Shown here in pieces: positions 50,518 through 60,589 of a DNA stretch of 64,000 nt. Position numbers and translations under genes: made by a program. The notes under the pieces are model-generated. The model was not told where the DNA came from. It searched no databases and saw only the letters and a program-made list of their open reading frames with translations. This stretch comes from Spirochaetia bacterium (lineage in GTDB: Bacteria > Spirochaetota > Spirochaetia > UBA9216): positions 288,001 to 352,000 of the forward strand of contig CAXXYH010000003.1 in assembly GCA_963677925.2 (NCBI GenBank). Reading direction: 5' to 3'. The stretch's first letter is position 1. Each line of letters begins with the position of its first letter.

Positions 50518-52427
50518 TCTTCTTTCCTTATAATTTTTCCCGGAGCATCAAGAATGTATCCGCCAAGCCTGTTAACCTCAAGTTTAAACTGTTCAGAACA
50601 GAGAACGTTTAAAAAGGTCTGTCCTGCTTCCGAATCCAGAACCTCTGTCCTCAGAATAAAATCGTAGTCTTCCTCACCAATCGGAATAAAATCAAGTCCC
50701 ATGCTGCGGGCTGCGGATTCAACCCCCATGCCGGCATCTGCGGTGCCGGACAGTACAGCCTGTGCGACTGACATATGGGTATTCATTTCGCGGCCATAAC
50801 CTTTTATGGAATCAGCCGGTATATTTCTTTTTCCGCATAAATAATCGAATAGTATTCGCGTACCTGCACCCCGCTGCCTGTTAACAAAACTCAGTCCTCT
50901 TTCTGCCAAATCAGTTATTGAAGTAATCTTTTCCGGATTATGCTCAGCAACGATAAGCCCCTGTACCCTTTTAATACCCTTTACGATAACTACCTCATTA
51001 TCAGCCAGATACTGCTTCAGCAGATGAGTATTGTACACACCGTTTTCAGGATTAAGAACATGAACCGGGGCAATATGACATTCACCTCTTTTTACGGCCA
51101 TAACACCGCCCATTGTGCCGCTATGAGTAGAAGAAAGTCCGCTTGATCCATTTCTTATCATAATCTCGTTTATTATATCCATCAGAAGATCGTGACTGCC
51201 TATGGAAACCAGTCTTTCAGATATTTCCTCCCAGGGTTTAAGCATATAAAGCGGAACTTCCGAACCGGCAGGATAGCCTTCATACTCTCTTGGAACTTCA
51301 ACAATTGCATCGGCATTAACAAGACTCATAGTTATTCCCGCACCTCTGCTGAGCGGTGTCACAATTGTATTTTCTCCGACCTGTCCGCATTTAACCCTTA
51401 CATACTCAAGATGTTTCAATGATGAAACAAGTGGTCTTGTAAGGATACCGCTCCTTTTAAGTTTAGGTTCTGCTTTTACACGGGACATAGCTCTTATTAG
51501 AGGCTGAACAAGTCTGTCGAATACAATCCACGCAGATACAGGATATCCGGGTATGCAGATTAGCGGTTTTTCCGAGGCTTTGCCGAAAATAGCAGGCTTT
51601 CCGGGTTTTATTGCAATCCCGTGAAACAGCAGAGTTCCTATTTCTTCGATTATAGACTTTGAAAAGTCCTCGGAACCAGCCGATGAACCGGCGCCAAGAA
51701 TTACCAGGTCACATTCTTCAAGTGCCTTGATAACTGCTTCTTTCAGAAGCTTATAGTCATCCTTTACAGGAGAATACCTAAGCGGAGTGCCGCCGTATTC
51801 AGAAACCATAGCCGAGAACATCCTTGAATTGGAATCAAGAATTGCACCGGGGATCATCTGATCGGGTGTTTCAATAATTTCTGTACCGGACGGAATAATG
51901 CCTACTACGGGTTTCTTTATTACCTCAATAGCGGTTATCCCTCCGCCTATCATAGCACCTATATCCACGGGCCTTATCCTGTGCATGGATGGAATAATCA
52001 TTTCAGAACAGACAATATCTTCCCCCACCGGCCTGACATGCTGCCAGGGGACTGCGGGAGAAGTAATCACAACAGATTTTTGCTCCGCCTCACTGAGGTC
52101 TTCCATCATAATAACAGCATCCATATCATCAGGAAGAACATCCCCGGTATCAACCCATTTAAAATCAATATCCACAGATAGCTTTACCGGATTACGTGGA
52201 TCAGCTTCATGTGTGGAGGCTGATTTTACACTGATTCCATCCATAGCCGCGGCATTATGATTTGGATTCGAAAGTTTTGCTATTACAGGAGAGGAACTTA
52301 TCCGTCCTAAAGAATCTTCAACTGAAATGATTTCAGTTTTATGATTTTCTTTAAACCTGAACTCTGTGTCTATACAATTTTGTGCATCATCAAAGCTTAA
52401 AGGATTAAGATATATATTTCTTTTCAT
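50511..52427 (-). CDS. moeA: MoeA fused to a C-terminal periplasmic-binding-protein-like domain
   Basis: AAMDG, GEDI, SSAGSED, IKPGKP, PGYPVS; then GSHD, FVNRQRGAGTR, EDYDF. Confidence 0.92.
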   Translation of the reverse strand: MKRNIYLNPLSFDDAQNCIDTEFRFKENHKTEIISVEDSLGRISSSPVIAKLSNPNHNAAAMDGISVKSASTHEADPRNPVKLSVDIDFKWVDTGDVLPDDMDAVIMMEDLSEAEQKSVVITSPAVPWQHVRPVGEDIVCSEMIIPSMHRIRPVDIGAMIGGGITAIEVIKKPVVGIIPSGTEIIETPDQMIPGAILDSNSRMFSAMVSEYGGTPLRYSPVKDDYKLLKEAVIKALEECDLVILGAGSSAGSEDFSKSIIEEIGTLLFHGIAIKPGKPAIFGKASEKPLICIPGYPVSAWIVFDRLVQPLIRAMSRVKAEPKLKRSGILTRPLVSSLKHLEYVRVKCGQVGENTIVTPLSRGAGITMSLVNADAIVEVPREYEGYPAGSEVPLYMLKPWEEISERLVSIGSHDLLMDIINEIMIRNGSSGLSSTHSGTMGGVMAVKRGECHIAPVHVLNPENGVYNTHLLKQYLADNEVVIVKGIKRVQGLIVAEHNPEKITSITDLAERGLSFVNRQRGAGTRILFDYLCGKRNIPADSIKGYGREMNTHMSVAQAVLSGTADAGMGVESAARSMGLDFIPIGEEDYDFILRTEVLDSEAGQTFLNVLCSEQFKLEVNRLGGYILDAPGKIIRKEEC

Positions 52428-52436
52428 AACAGACTC

Positions 52437-53666
52437 CTAAAACCGGTAAACACGAACCGGTATACCTGAAGACAGACCTTCAGTGTCGCGGCTGATCTCA
52501 ATATAGCCGTAAGCCCGGCTTAGAGTTGTAATCATGCTTGAGCCGCCTCCAACAGGAGTCGCTTCAAAATTGTTATCTGAATTTTTCAAGAGAAAAACCG
52601 GTTTATAAGTATCACGGCCGGGAGACCCATGAATATTTTCAGTCAGGACTGCCTCAACCCAGGGTTCAACAGGAGCCAGGGCATTGCAAAGCAGATAGAA
52701 CAAATGTTTCCCGATAATTTTAAATACCATAAGAGCAGAAACCGGATGGCCCGGAAGTCCGACAAGAGGGAATCCTCCGGCGCTTGCAAGTATCGTAGGC
52801 TTTCCCGGGTTAAATGCAATTCCATGCACGAAACAGCCGGGTTCTCCGATTTTATCAAAAATTTCCATTGTAAAATCTTTATTACCGGCCGAACTTCCGC
52901 CGCTTAAAAAAACAACATCCGAGCTGGTCATTGCTTCCCTTATTGCCTTTTCCAGCAGCAATTTATCATCACTAACAACTTCGGCGCTTACCACATCAAA
53001 GCCGATTTTCTCGGCCTCAGCTCTCAAAGTATGTGAATTGATGTCTCTGATCTTTGCGGGAACAAGTACGGTATCAGAGGCTGTTATTTCATCACCGGTT
53101 GAAATTATAACAGCCGAGGGCTTTTTATAAACTTTGATATCCGTAATACCGGAAGCGGATAATACACCAATATCTGCTGAATCTATCTGCCTTCCAGCCT
53201 CAAACAGAAGTTCACCCACGCTGATATCCCTTCCGACCGGAACTACATTCATTCCCTTAACAGCAGGAACAGAAAAAGCTATTTCATCACCTATCTGTTC
53301 AGAGTATTCTATCATTACAACTGCATCTGCGCCTTCAGGCATCATTCCGCCGGTGGGGATGTAAGCGGCAGTACCTGAGCTTATTTTAAAATCCGGAGCT
53401 TTACCCATTGATACTTCACCTGCGATTTTCATAATAATTGGTATAGTCTCGGATGCCCCGGAAGTTTCAGCTGCGATTACGGCATAGCCGTCCATTGTGG
53501 ATTTTGCAAAATGCGGTACAGGATCAGCAGAGTATATATTTTCAGCGACAATTCTTCCTGAAGATTTATAAACCGCTATGTTCTCGGTTTTCCCGGGATT
53601 TGCCTTAAAATGAGTATTAATAAGTTCAAGTGCAGTATCAACTGTTACTACTTTCAACAAAGGCAT
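52437..53666 (-). CDS. moeA: Molybdopterin molybdotransferase MoeA
   Basis: STMDGYAV, TGG..P.GADAVVMIE, STGDE, SGGSS, PGKP, LPGHPVS. Confidence 0.94.
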   Translation of the reverse strand: MPLLKVVTVDTALELINTHFKANPGKTENIAVYKSSGRIVAENIYSADPVPHFAKSTMDGYAVIAAETSGASETIPIIMKIAGEVSMGKAPDFKISSGTAAYIPTGGMMPEGADAVVMIEYSEQIGDEIAFSVPAVKGMNVVPVGRDISVGELLFEAGRQIDSADIGVLSASGITDIKVYKKPSAVIISTGDEITASDTVLVPAKIRDINSHTLRAEAEKIGFDVVSAEVVSDDKLLLEKAIREAMTSSDVVFLSGGSSAGNKDFTMEIFDKIGEPGCFVHGIAFNPGKPTILASAGGFPLVGLPGHPVSALMVFKIIGKHLFYLLCNALAPVEPWVEAVLTENIHGSPGRDTYKPVFLLKNSDNNFEATPVGGGSSMITTLSRAYGYIEISRDTEGLSSGIPVRVYRF

Positions 53667-54313
53667 CAGCTCCTCCCTATAACATCAAAATCAAAAACAT
53701 TGTCTGCAATTTTTTCCATAAACTGTTTATCATGAGTAGAAATAACTATAGTAACACCTGTACTTTTCAATTTTAATAGATGAGAACCAAGTTTTTTGGA
53801 ACTCGCATCATCAAGATTTGCAGTCGGCTCATCAAGCATAAGGACTCTTTTTTCAGCTGCCAGAGCCCTGGAAATTGCAAGACGTTTCTTTTCTCCCCCT
53901 GACAAATTAGAGGCTTTTTTCTTTTCAAAACCGGATAAACCTGTCAGTTCGAGAGACCTGGAAATAATTCCGCTTTTTTCTGATTTTCTGATATCTGAAT
54001 GCAGAAGAAGTGAAATATTGCTGAATACAGTTCCTTTCAGAATATATGGCTCCTGATGTACGTATATCGAGTTGAGTTTAACTTTGTCGCTGTTTAATTC
54101 ATTTCCGCTTTCATCGAGGTAAATAACTTTCCCCGTGTCAGGAACGTACAAGCCTGCAATAAGCTTCATCATTGTGGTTTTTCCGGTTCCGTTCCCTCCG
54201 CAGAATACGGTAATCTCTCCCGGATTTATCGACATATTAACCTCACACAACACATTTGTACCCGGCTCGTATGCGAATGATAAATTGATGCTTCTTATAG
54301 AAAAATTATTCAT
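53666..54313 (-). CDS. tupC: Tungstate ABC transporter ATPase
   Basis: GGNGTGKTT, LSGGEKKR, LDEPTANLD; follows tupAB. Confidence 0.82.
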   Translation of the reverse strand: MNNFSIRSINLSFAYEPGTNVLCEVNMSINPGEITVFCGGNGTGKTTMMKLIAGLYVPDTGKVIYLDESGNELNSDKVKLNSIYVHQEPYILKGTVFSNISLLLHSDIRKSEKSGIISRSLELTGLSGFEKKKASNLSGGEKKRLAISRALAAEKRVLMLDEPTANLDDASSKKLGSHLLKLKSTGVTIVISTHDKQFMEKIADNVFDFDVIGRS

Positions 54314-54995
54314 CACTATCAGCTCCGGAACCAATTTTGATCAATATATTTACTGCAAGTGAAATCGATAAAAGTATCATACCAAGTGCAAGCCCGAGCT
54401 CAAACTGTCCCTTACTTGTTTCGAGTGAAATTGCGGTAGTTATAGTCCTTGTATACCATCTAATATTTCCTCCAAGCATCATTGACACGCCTACTTCACC
54501 GATAACCCTGCCAAACCCCGTTACAATCACAAGTATAATCTGGGTTTTAACTTCTCTTAAAATCAGAATATTCTTTTTGAATGAAGATATGCAGAAGGCA
54601 TCAAGCGTCTCGATGAGCATTGGATTGACACCGGATAATGTTGTCCAGATCATTGAAATCATAATAGGAAGAATCAGTATAACCTGTCCCAGTATTATTC
54701 CGCCCTGGGTGAAAAGCAGACCAAAAGGCCCTAGAAGACCCTGTCTGTTTATTAGAGAATAGACGAACAGACCTACAACTACAGTGGGAATGCCCATCAG
54801 GCTGTTAAAAAACACCTTAAGAGCCTTCCTTCCCGGAAAAGAGGTGAAACCCAGAAATATTCCAATAGGAATTCCTATAAGTGTGGCTAATCCGGTAGAA
54901 CTGACTGCAAGGAACAGGGAAGTCCCTGCTATATTAAAGACTTCCCTGTCGCCTGATAAAATCAGTGCAGCTGCTCTGCCTAGAAGGCTGAACAT
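54306..54995 (-). CDS. tupB: Tungstate ABC transporter permease
   Basis: PTVVVGL, GFGRVIGEVG, GGNI..TRTITTAI.LET.KG. Confidence 0.9.
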   Translation of the reverse strand: MFSLLGRAAALILSGDREVFNIAGTSLFLAVSSTGLATLIGIPIGIFLGFTSFPGRKALKVFFNSLMGIPTVVVGLFVYSLINRQGLLGPFGLLFTQGGIILGQVILILPIMISMIWTTLSGVNPMLIETLDAFCISSFKKNILILREVKTQIILVIVTGFGRVIGEVGVSMMLGGNIRWYTRTITTAISLETSKGQFELGLALGMILLSISLAVNILIKIGSGADSDE

Positions 54996-55013
54996 CAGAT
55001 AATCCTGATTAAT

Positions 55014-55886
55014 CTATTTGGCATCCGGATAAAAAAGCTGTTCGCCGTTTTTCTGAAATCCGCCGATAACAGCCTGGCCTTCTTCTGAAACCACATAATT
55101 GATGAATTCCATAGCTGCATCATATTTAACATGAGAATATTTCTCAGGATTTACAGCAATAATTCCATAGGGGTTAAAAAGTACCCGGTCACCATCGAAC
55201 TTGACTCTGAGACCGATGTCATCTTTCATAGCCAGATAAGTAGCTCGGTCAGAAATAGTATAGCCGTTCATATCATTAGCCATGGTTATGACAGTTCCCA
55301 TGCCCTGACCTGCTTCCTTATACCACTGCCCGGAAGGTGCTATTCCGGCTTCTGCCCAGATCGCTTTTTCCTTGATATGAGTTCCGGAATCATCACCTCT
55401 GGATACAAAGTCAGCCCCTGATGCGGCAATAAGCTTCATTGCGTCAGCAGCGGTTTCGGCTGAGCTTATTCCTGCGGGATCGTTTTCAGGACCGATAATT
55501 ACGAAATCATTGTACATTACATCCTTGCGGTTTACACCGTAACCGTCAGCTACAAAAGCATCTTCACGTGAACGGGCATGAACAAAGATTAGATCAACAT
55601 CTCCGTTTTCACCATGTGCAATAGCTTTTCCGGTACCCACTGCTATTACATCTACTGCTATACCTGTTTTTTCAGCAAAAGCAGGTATAAGAACATCAAG
55701 AAGACCTGAATTTTCTGTACTGGTGGTTGTCGCCATTTTGATCCGGACTTCCTCAGCGGGTTTAGTTTCCTGCTGACCGCCTGCAAATACTGCATTCACA
55801 GATAAAATCAGCAACAGAATAAGAATGAAATTTCTGACAGAGCGTACACCTGTTAAGGGCATACCGAGAGACGGGTTCGTTCTCAT
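55014..55886 (-). CDS. tupA: Tungstate ABC transporter substrate-binding protein
   Basis: ATTTSTENSGLL signature, VGTGKA, VHA, SRGDDSGTH, GQGMG, DRATY; AAGGAG RBS. Confidence 0.92.
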   Translation of the reverse strand: MRTNPSLGMPLTGVRSVRNFILILLLILSVNAVFAGGQQETKPAEEVRIKMATTTSTENSGLLDVLIPAFAEKTGIAVDVIAVGTGKAIAHGENGDVDLIFVHARSREDAFVADGYGVNRKDVMYNDFVIIGPENDPAGISSAETAADAMKLIAASGADFVSRGDDSGTHIKEKAIWAEAGIAPSGQWYKEAGQGMGTVITMANDMNGYTISDRATYLAMKDDIGLRVKFDGDRVLFNPYGIIAVNPEKYSHVKYDAAMEFINYVVSEEGQAVIGGFQKNGEQLFYPDAK

Positions 55887-56050
55887 TACTATCTCCTTTA
55901 CAAATACGGAAGGCAGTACTGTTTCCGGTACCACCCTTTTGAACGACGTTCAAAGCAGTCTACACAAATAGCTCAGTTCTTTGATACGAAATTCATCGGC
56001 CTATATTCCATACCTATTCGGCTGCAGGAAAGAAGGCTCGGACAATAATA
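55887..56050 (-). ncRNA. Moco/Tuco RNA motif (putative molybdenum/tungsten cofactor riboswitch)
   Basis: Minus strand: UCCGAGC..CCU..UAUGG..GGCC..AGGGUGGUACCGGAAACAGUACUGCCUUCCGUAUUUGUAAAGGAG, ending on the tupA RBS. Confidence 0.85.
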
Positions 56051-56184
56051 TGATTGTTGCAGTCATATTAGCAGAGATTTTTCAGCTGGGCAATAAAATA
56101 GTTAAACAAATATATAATAATCTGCAGACATAGAATTCATAAAATTATTTACATTTCATCAATCTATTGTATGATGGTTTTATT

Positions 56185-57081
56185 ATGAACTATAACTTTA
56201 AAACACTTGAAGAAAATGCAGTTAAAAAACCGTCAAAATCTGTTGCTCTGGCAATGGCGGAAGAAGATGATGCTTTAGCTGCCATAGCTGCTGCGGCCGG
56301 AAAAAATATAGTTAAACCTATTCTTGTAGGAAATCCGGAAAAAATCAAATCTATAGCGTCTCAGAGCAGTATATGTATCGAAGCCTTTGAGATTATTGAG
56401 GCTGATGGTGAAAAAGCCTGTGCACAGAAGGCTGTTGAACTTGTAAAATCAGGTAAAGCAGACTGCCTTATGAAAGGAAAAACCGCAACGTCAGTTATTA
56501 TGAAAGCAGCTCTTGATCGTGAAAATGGACTCTCGGGTTCAGGAATGCTTTCTCATTTGGCTATTATAGATATAAAGTCATACCACAAACTGCTTATTGC
56601 CACCGATGCCGCAATGAACATCGCACCTGAACTTAAAGAAAAAGTGCTTCTAACCGAAAACGCCGTTAAAATCGCTCATACGCTGGGAATTGAAAAACCT
56701 CTGGTTGCTGTTATAGGTGCCGTTGAAAAAGTTAACCCCTCCATGCCCTGCACTCTTGATGCAGCTATGCTTTCAAAGATGGCCGATCGCGGTCAGATAA
56801 AAGGCTGTATTATAGACGGGCCGTTCGCCCTTGATAATGCCATATCAAAGCACAGCTGCGAAGTTAAGGGAATAAGCGGAGAAGTCGGCGGAAATGCCGA
56901 CATTCTGCTGTTTCCCGATATTGAAGCGGCAAATGTCTTCTATAAAACAATGGCCTACTTCACCGACTGCGACATGGCCGGAATAATTGCCGGAGCTTCC
57001 GCACCGATTATTCTGACATCCAGGGCGGACAGTGAACGAACCAAATACCTGTCGATACTGGCCGGCGTTTCGCTTTGCTGA
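56185..57081 (+). CDS. ptb: Phosphate butyryltransferase family acyltransferase
   Basis: LMKG, TDAAMNIAP, AVEKVN..MP.T.DA, DGPFALDNAIS, PDIEAAN, LTSRAD. Confidence 0.88.
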   Translation: MNYNFKTLEENAVKKPSKSVALAMAEEDDALAAIAAAAGKNIVKPILVGNPEKIKSIASQSSICIEAFEIIEADGEKACAQKAVELVKSGKADCLMKGKTATSVIMKAALDRENGLSGSGMLSHLAIIDIKSYHKLLIATDAAMNIAPELKEKVLLTENAVKIAHTLGIEKPLVAVIGAVEKVNPSMPCTLDAAMLSKMADRGQIKGCIIDGPFALDNAISKHSCEVKGISGEVGGNADILLFPDIEAANVFYKTMAYFTDCDMAGIIAGASAPIILTSRADSERTKYLSILAGVSLC

Positions 57082-57118
57082 AAAAAAAGGCTGCACGTTA
57101 TTTGGTGCAGCCTTTTTT
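57081..57118. terminator. Bidirectional intrinsic terminator
   Basis: aaaaaaGGCTGCAC-loop-GTGCAGCCtttttt. Confidence 0.88.
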
Positions 57119-57131
57119 CAAAACATAGTAT

Positions 57132-58625
57132 TTATTCAAGCACCCAAAGAGCCGCAAAACCGTTTTCCACTCCGGCCAGAAGAACTTTTCCATCGTCCCC
57201 AATTGAAACTGATATAAAGTCAGAATTCTCACGGAAAAAACGTCCATTGTTAGCAAACGACTGATCAAGTGAACCATCAGAATTAATTCTGTACAGACAG
57301 GCAATTGTAATCGAATCAACATAATATCCACAGATATAAATTTTATCATCAGCCTGAACCGCAATGTCCGACGGAATAAAACCTGAATCAAAGAATGTAC
57401 TGCTGGTTCCGTTACTTCCGAAACTGGTATCCACATTCATTAAAGAATCAAATCTACCGACAAGTTCAGGCGCTGCAATTATCAACCTATCAGAATTATC
57501 TGCAGCAATTTGCATTTCAGGCACAGCTACCGGCCATTCTGCCGATAATTCTGCAATCTGCTTTATGCTTAGGTCTGTATCCAGTCTGATTACAATACTT
57601 TTTGCATCTACAACCGGCGGTCCTGCAAACGCTCCATGATATCCAAGGACATATACCATATCCCCCTGTTTCACTATATCATAAGCATCAGCGCTGACCC
57701 CGGATGTGCCGAAATGAGTTAGAGGATCAACCAGAAATACATCATCCGCAGTCATTGTACCTAAGTTATAATTATAAAGCTTGATAACAGATGTTCCATT
57801 ATCTCCACATAAGAAAACTGATTCCCCCTGGTGGAATACAGATCCGGAGACAACAAGAAAATCTGCAGTAATGTGCTCCGCATCATCTCCAAGATCTATA
57901 TAACTGACATATTGATTATAATTTATGTCTATAAGATCAATATCCGATGATGTTTTTATAATTTCATACGAGGGATAACTGCCAACGTAATCTACAATTT
58001 TTTGCTGTACGGATGTTCCATCAGTTCGAATTGAATATATTCCACCTACGGGGGATGCATAAGCAATTCCCAATCCCAAATAATATCTATCGTCTTTTTG
58101 CACAACATCACTGAATTGGGAATCAGTACCCTGAACATATGAATATACCGCACCACTATTGAAATCTGATGATAATTCACCTTTTGCAGAGCAAGTCACT
58201 GTCCCGGTAGCGATATCAGAGCTTAAAACATCTGTAGAAGAGACTCCAACTACCCATACATTATATTCTGTTCCATAAATCAAATCACTTTCTATTGTAT
58301 AAGTATAAGTTCCATCACCGTTGTCAGTATTGTAATTTGCTGTTTGTCCGGCTTCAACAAGTGCGCTTTGATCAAAATCCGAACTGTCGCTCCAGAATAT
58401 TGTATAATCTTCAGCATTATCTGAAGCTTCCCATTTTACAATTATAGAAGACAGGCTTGCACTTAATTCAATTGAAGACGGAGCATCAGGAACTACTGCA
58501 TCACCTTCATATGACGGGTCGAAGGTATTATCCCGGAGGGGTGGCTCGAATAATTCACAAGCATTAAAAATTGAGATGGATAATATAGTAATAACTGTTA
58601 ATAAAATAATTATTCTGTTTTTCAT
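57132..58625 (-). CDS. Lipoprotein with FN3-like domain and delta-60-like beta-propeller repeats
   Basis: Lipobox FNAC; PDAP..VKW..A..Y; VDTSFGSNG, VQADDKIY..G, RINSDGSLDQSF, DDGKVLLAG. Confidence 0.75.
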   Translation of the reverse strand: MKNRIIILLTVITILSISIFNACELFEPPLRDNTFDPSYEGDAVVPDAPSSIELSASLSSIIVKWEASDNAEDYTIFWSDSSDFDQSALVEAGQTANYNTDNGDGTYTYTIESDLIYGTEYNVWVVGVSSTDVLSSDIATGTVTCSAKGELSSDFNSGAVYSYVQGTDSQFSDVVQKDDRYYLGLGIAYASPVGGIYSIRTDGTSVQQKIVDYVGSYPSYEIIKTSSDIDLIDINYNQYVSYIDLGDDAEHITADFLVVSGSVFHQGESVFLCGDNGTSVIKLYNYNLGTMTADDVFLVDPLTHFGTSGVSADAYDIVKQGDMVYVLGYHGAFAGPPVVDAKSIVIRLDTDLSIKQIAELSAEWPVAVPEMQIAADNSDRLIIAAPELVGRFDSLMNVDTSFGSNGTSSTFFDSGFIPSDIAVQADDKIYICGYYVDSITIACLYRINSDGSLDQSFANNGRFFRENSDFISVSIGDDGKVLLAGVENGFAALWVLE

Positions 58626-58635
58626 GAAGGCCTCC

Positions 58636-59613
58636 TTAATAGCTCACTCTGACAAGCAGGCCCGGATTTTTTCCGACTACCGGACTGAATGCAACATTTG
58701 AAGTTTCCGGTGCCGAATCATTTGCAAATAATATTATACCGACAGTTGTCAGAACTGCTCCGGCACCGGCAGCAATTGAACCGATAAGAAAATCATTAAA
58801 AGCTGCATCACGGGATGTTTCCAGTGCAGTGAATAGTGCATCGAAATCGGAGCCGTATGATGCAGAATCGTATGCAGTATTTGCAGTGTTAAAAGCAGGC
58901 AGAGTATTTGCAAAAAGATTGTATATAAAATAACCTCCTACACCCAAACCTGCTGCACCGGCACTGGTACATATAATAGCCGGAATATCAACTCCGCCTT
59001 TATCTGCAGCGGCTGTTTTTTCAGCAGGGGCTGCAGATTCATTGCCTGCTTCAGCAGCAATATTATCATTTCCGGATTTCTCCGATGAAGAGGATTCAGC
59101 AACAGTTTCAGTTTTTTCAGGCTGTGCCTCAACAACTGTTTCGGTGATCGGATTCCCCGCCAGTTCAGCGGCTACATTCTCCAGCCCGTCTATGAGCTCA
59201 TCAAGATCTCCGTATTTGCCATTTGAGGTTGCAAGAGTTTTGGAGGTTTCGGTTTCAAGCATCTTGACCGACATCAGATACCGGCTTCCGATTTTAGACA
59301 AAGTTCCGGTAACTATAGTTTCTGCGGAAAGAAGCTTTCCTATTTCAAGCGCACATGATTCATCAGTACAGCCCGACATGGAAAACTCCATCTCATTAAG
59401 AATGGTTTCACGCTGTGATACATCAATAACTATAAATTTTCCTGTATTGAATAATTCAGCTGACAAATACTCGACAATAGCTTTCATTTCGGTCCTGGAC
59501 ACCGCTTCAGTGGTAAAATCCAAAACAGCCAGGGTGTCCTGACCAAAAACAAAGCCCGGTGTAATCAGCGCAATAAACAGCACCAAAATCCAGACAGCCT
59601 TTTTATATTTCAT
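58636..59613 (-). CDS. CsgG/FlgO/TolB_N-like exported protein with Gly/Ala-rich hydrophobic helices and a terminal beta-hairpin
   Basis: LAVLDF, ILNEMEFSMSGCTDESCALEIGKLL.A..IVTG, KMLETET; ends LLVRVSY. Confidence 0.75.
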   Translation of the reverse strand: MKYKKAVWILVLFIALITPGFVFGQDTLAVLDFTTEAVSRTEMKAIVEYLSAELFNTGKFIVIDVSQRETILNEMEFSMSGCTDESCALEIGKLLSAETIVTGTLSKIGSRYLMSVKMLETETSKTLATSNGKYGDLDELIDGLENVAAELAGNPITETVVEAQPEKTETVAESSSSEKSGNDNIAAEAGNESAAPAEKTAAADKGGVDIPAIICTSAGAAGLGVGGYFIYNLFANTLPAFNTANTAYDSASYGSDFDALFTALETSRDAAFNDFLIGSIAAGAGAVLTTVGIILFANDSAPETSNVAFSPVVGKNPGLLVRVSY

Positions 59614-59830
59614 TGTTTTTCTCCAGTTTTTTTATTGCTCAATATTAAAATAATACCTCAAAATCCACAAGTTTCTGTTTCTCTGAAATAATTATTTTTT
59701 TGTATTTCTTTTATTTATATCGGTTTAAGACTTTTTTATTCTTCATTAAAAAATTATAAACAGAATAGAATTAAAAAATAAGATTTATTGACAGCGGTTC
59801 ACCTGCTCTTTACAATCTCAGCGGAGAAAT

Positions 59831-60589
59831 ATGATGAAATTATTTACAGATACTTTTAAAGTCAGAGGATTTCAGACGGACACACACGGGAAACTGTCAA
59901 TACGAAGCCTATGTGATTATATGAATGAAGCTGCAGGAAATCACTGCATTGAATATAAGATCACAGTAGATGATCTGAATAAAATCGGACTAACATGGAT
60001 GCTCTCCCGCCTTAAGTTCCGAATTATACGACTTCCCGAAAAAGATGAAATTATCAAAGTAAATACTTGGCCCTCCGGAGCTCAGGGGCTATTCTCATGC
60101 CGTGATTTTATAGTAACAGACGATAAGGATCGGGAACTTGTGAAAGCAACCAGTGCCTGGCTGACTATAAATCTCGAAAAAAGACGCATAGTACGGCTTC
60201 CCCAGATTATAACCGAAATGCATCCGGAGCCGGGTTCTTCTAAATCTGCACTTGAAGCCGATTTTAAATCAAAAATGCCTCAAATTGAATCACAGACATC
60301 TGAATACCATTTACGGCCGGGTTACTCAGCCCTTGATATGAACCGCCATGTAACTTCAACCAGATATATTGAATGGATGATTAATTCTTTACCGGTAAGC
60401 TTTCTTGATACACATAATTTATCAGAGTTTGAAATAAGCTATAAACAGGAAATCCTTCCTGAACAGGATGCAGTTATAGTGAATGACTTTAACGGAACAG
60501 AATTATCAGGCATAAATCATGAAGTAAAGGATTCCGATTCGGGAAATATTAACTGTGTGGCCGTAAGCAGCTGGAATCCTAAATCATAA
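59831..60589 (+). CDS. Acyl-ACP thioesterase (double hotdog)
   Basis: WMLSR, V.TW, RDF, ATSAW, LDMNRHV..YIEW; upstream TTGACA-N17-TACAAT and GGAG RBS. Confidence 0.88.
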   Translation: MMKLFTDTFKVRGFQTDTHGKLSIRSLCDYMNEAAGNHCIEYKITVDDLNKIGLTWMLSRLKFRIIRLPEKDEIIKVNTWPSGAQGLFSCRDFIVTDDKDRELVKATSAWLTINLEKRRIVRLPQIITEMHPEPGSSKSALEADFKSKMPQIESQTSEYHLRPGYSALDMNRHVTSTRYIEWMINSLPVSFLDTHNLSEFEISYKQEILPEQDAVIVNDFNGTELSGINHEVKDSDSGNINCVAVSSWNPKS

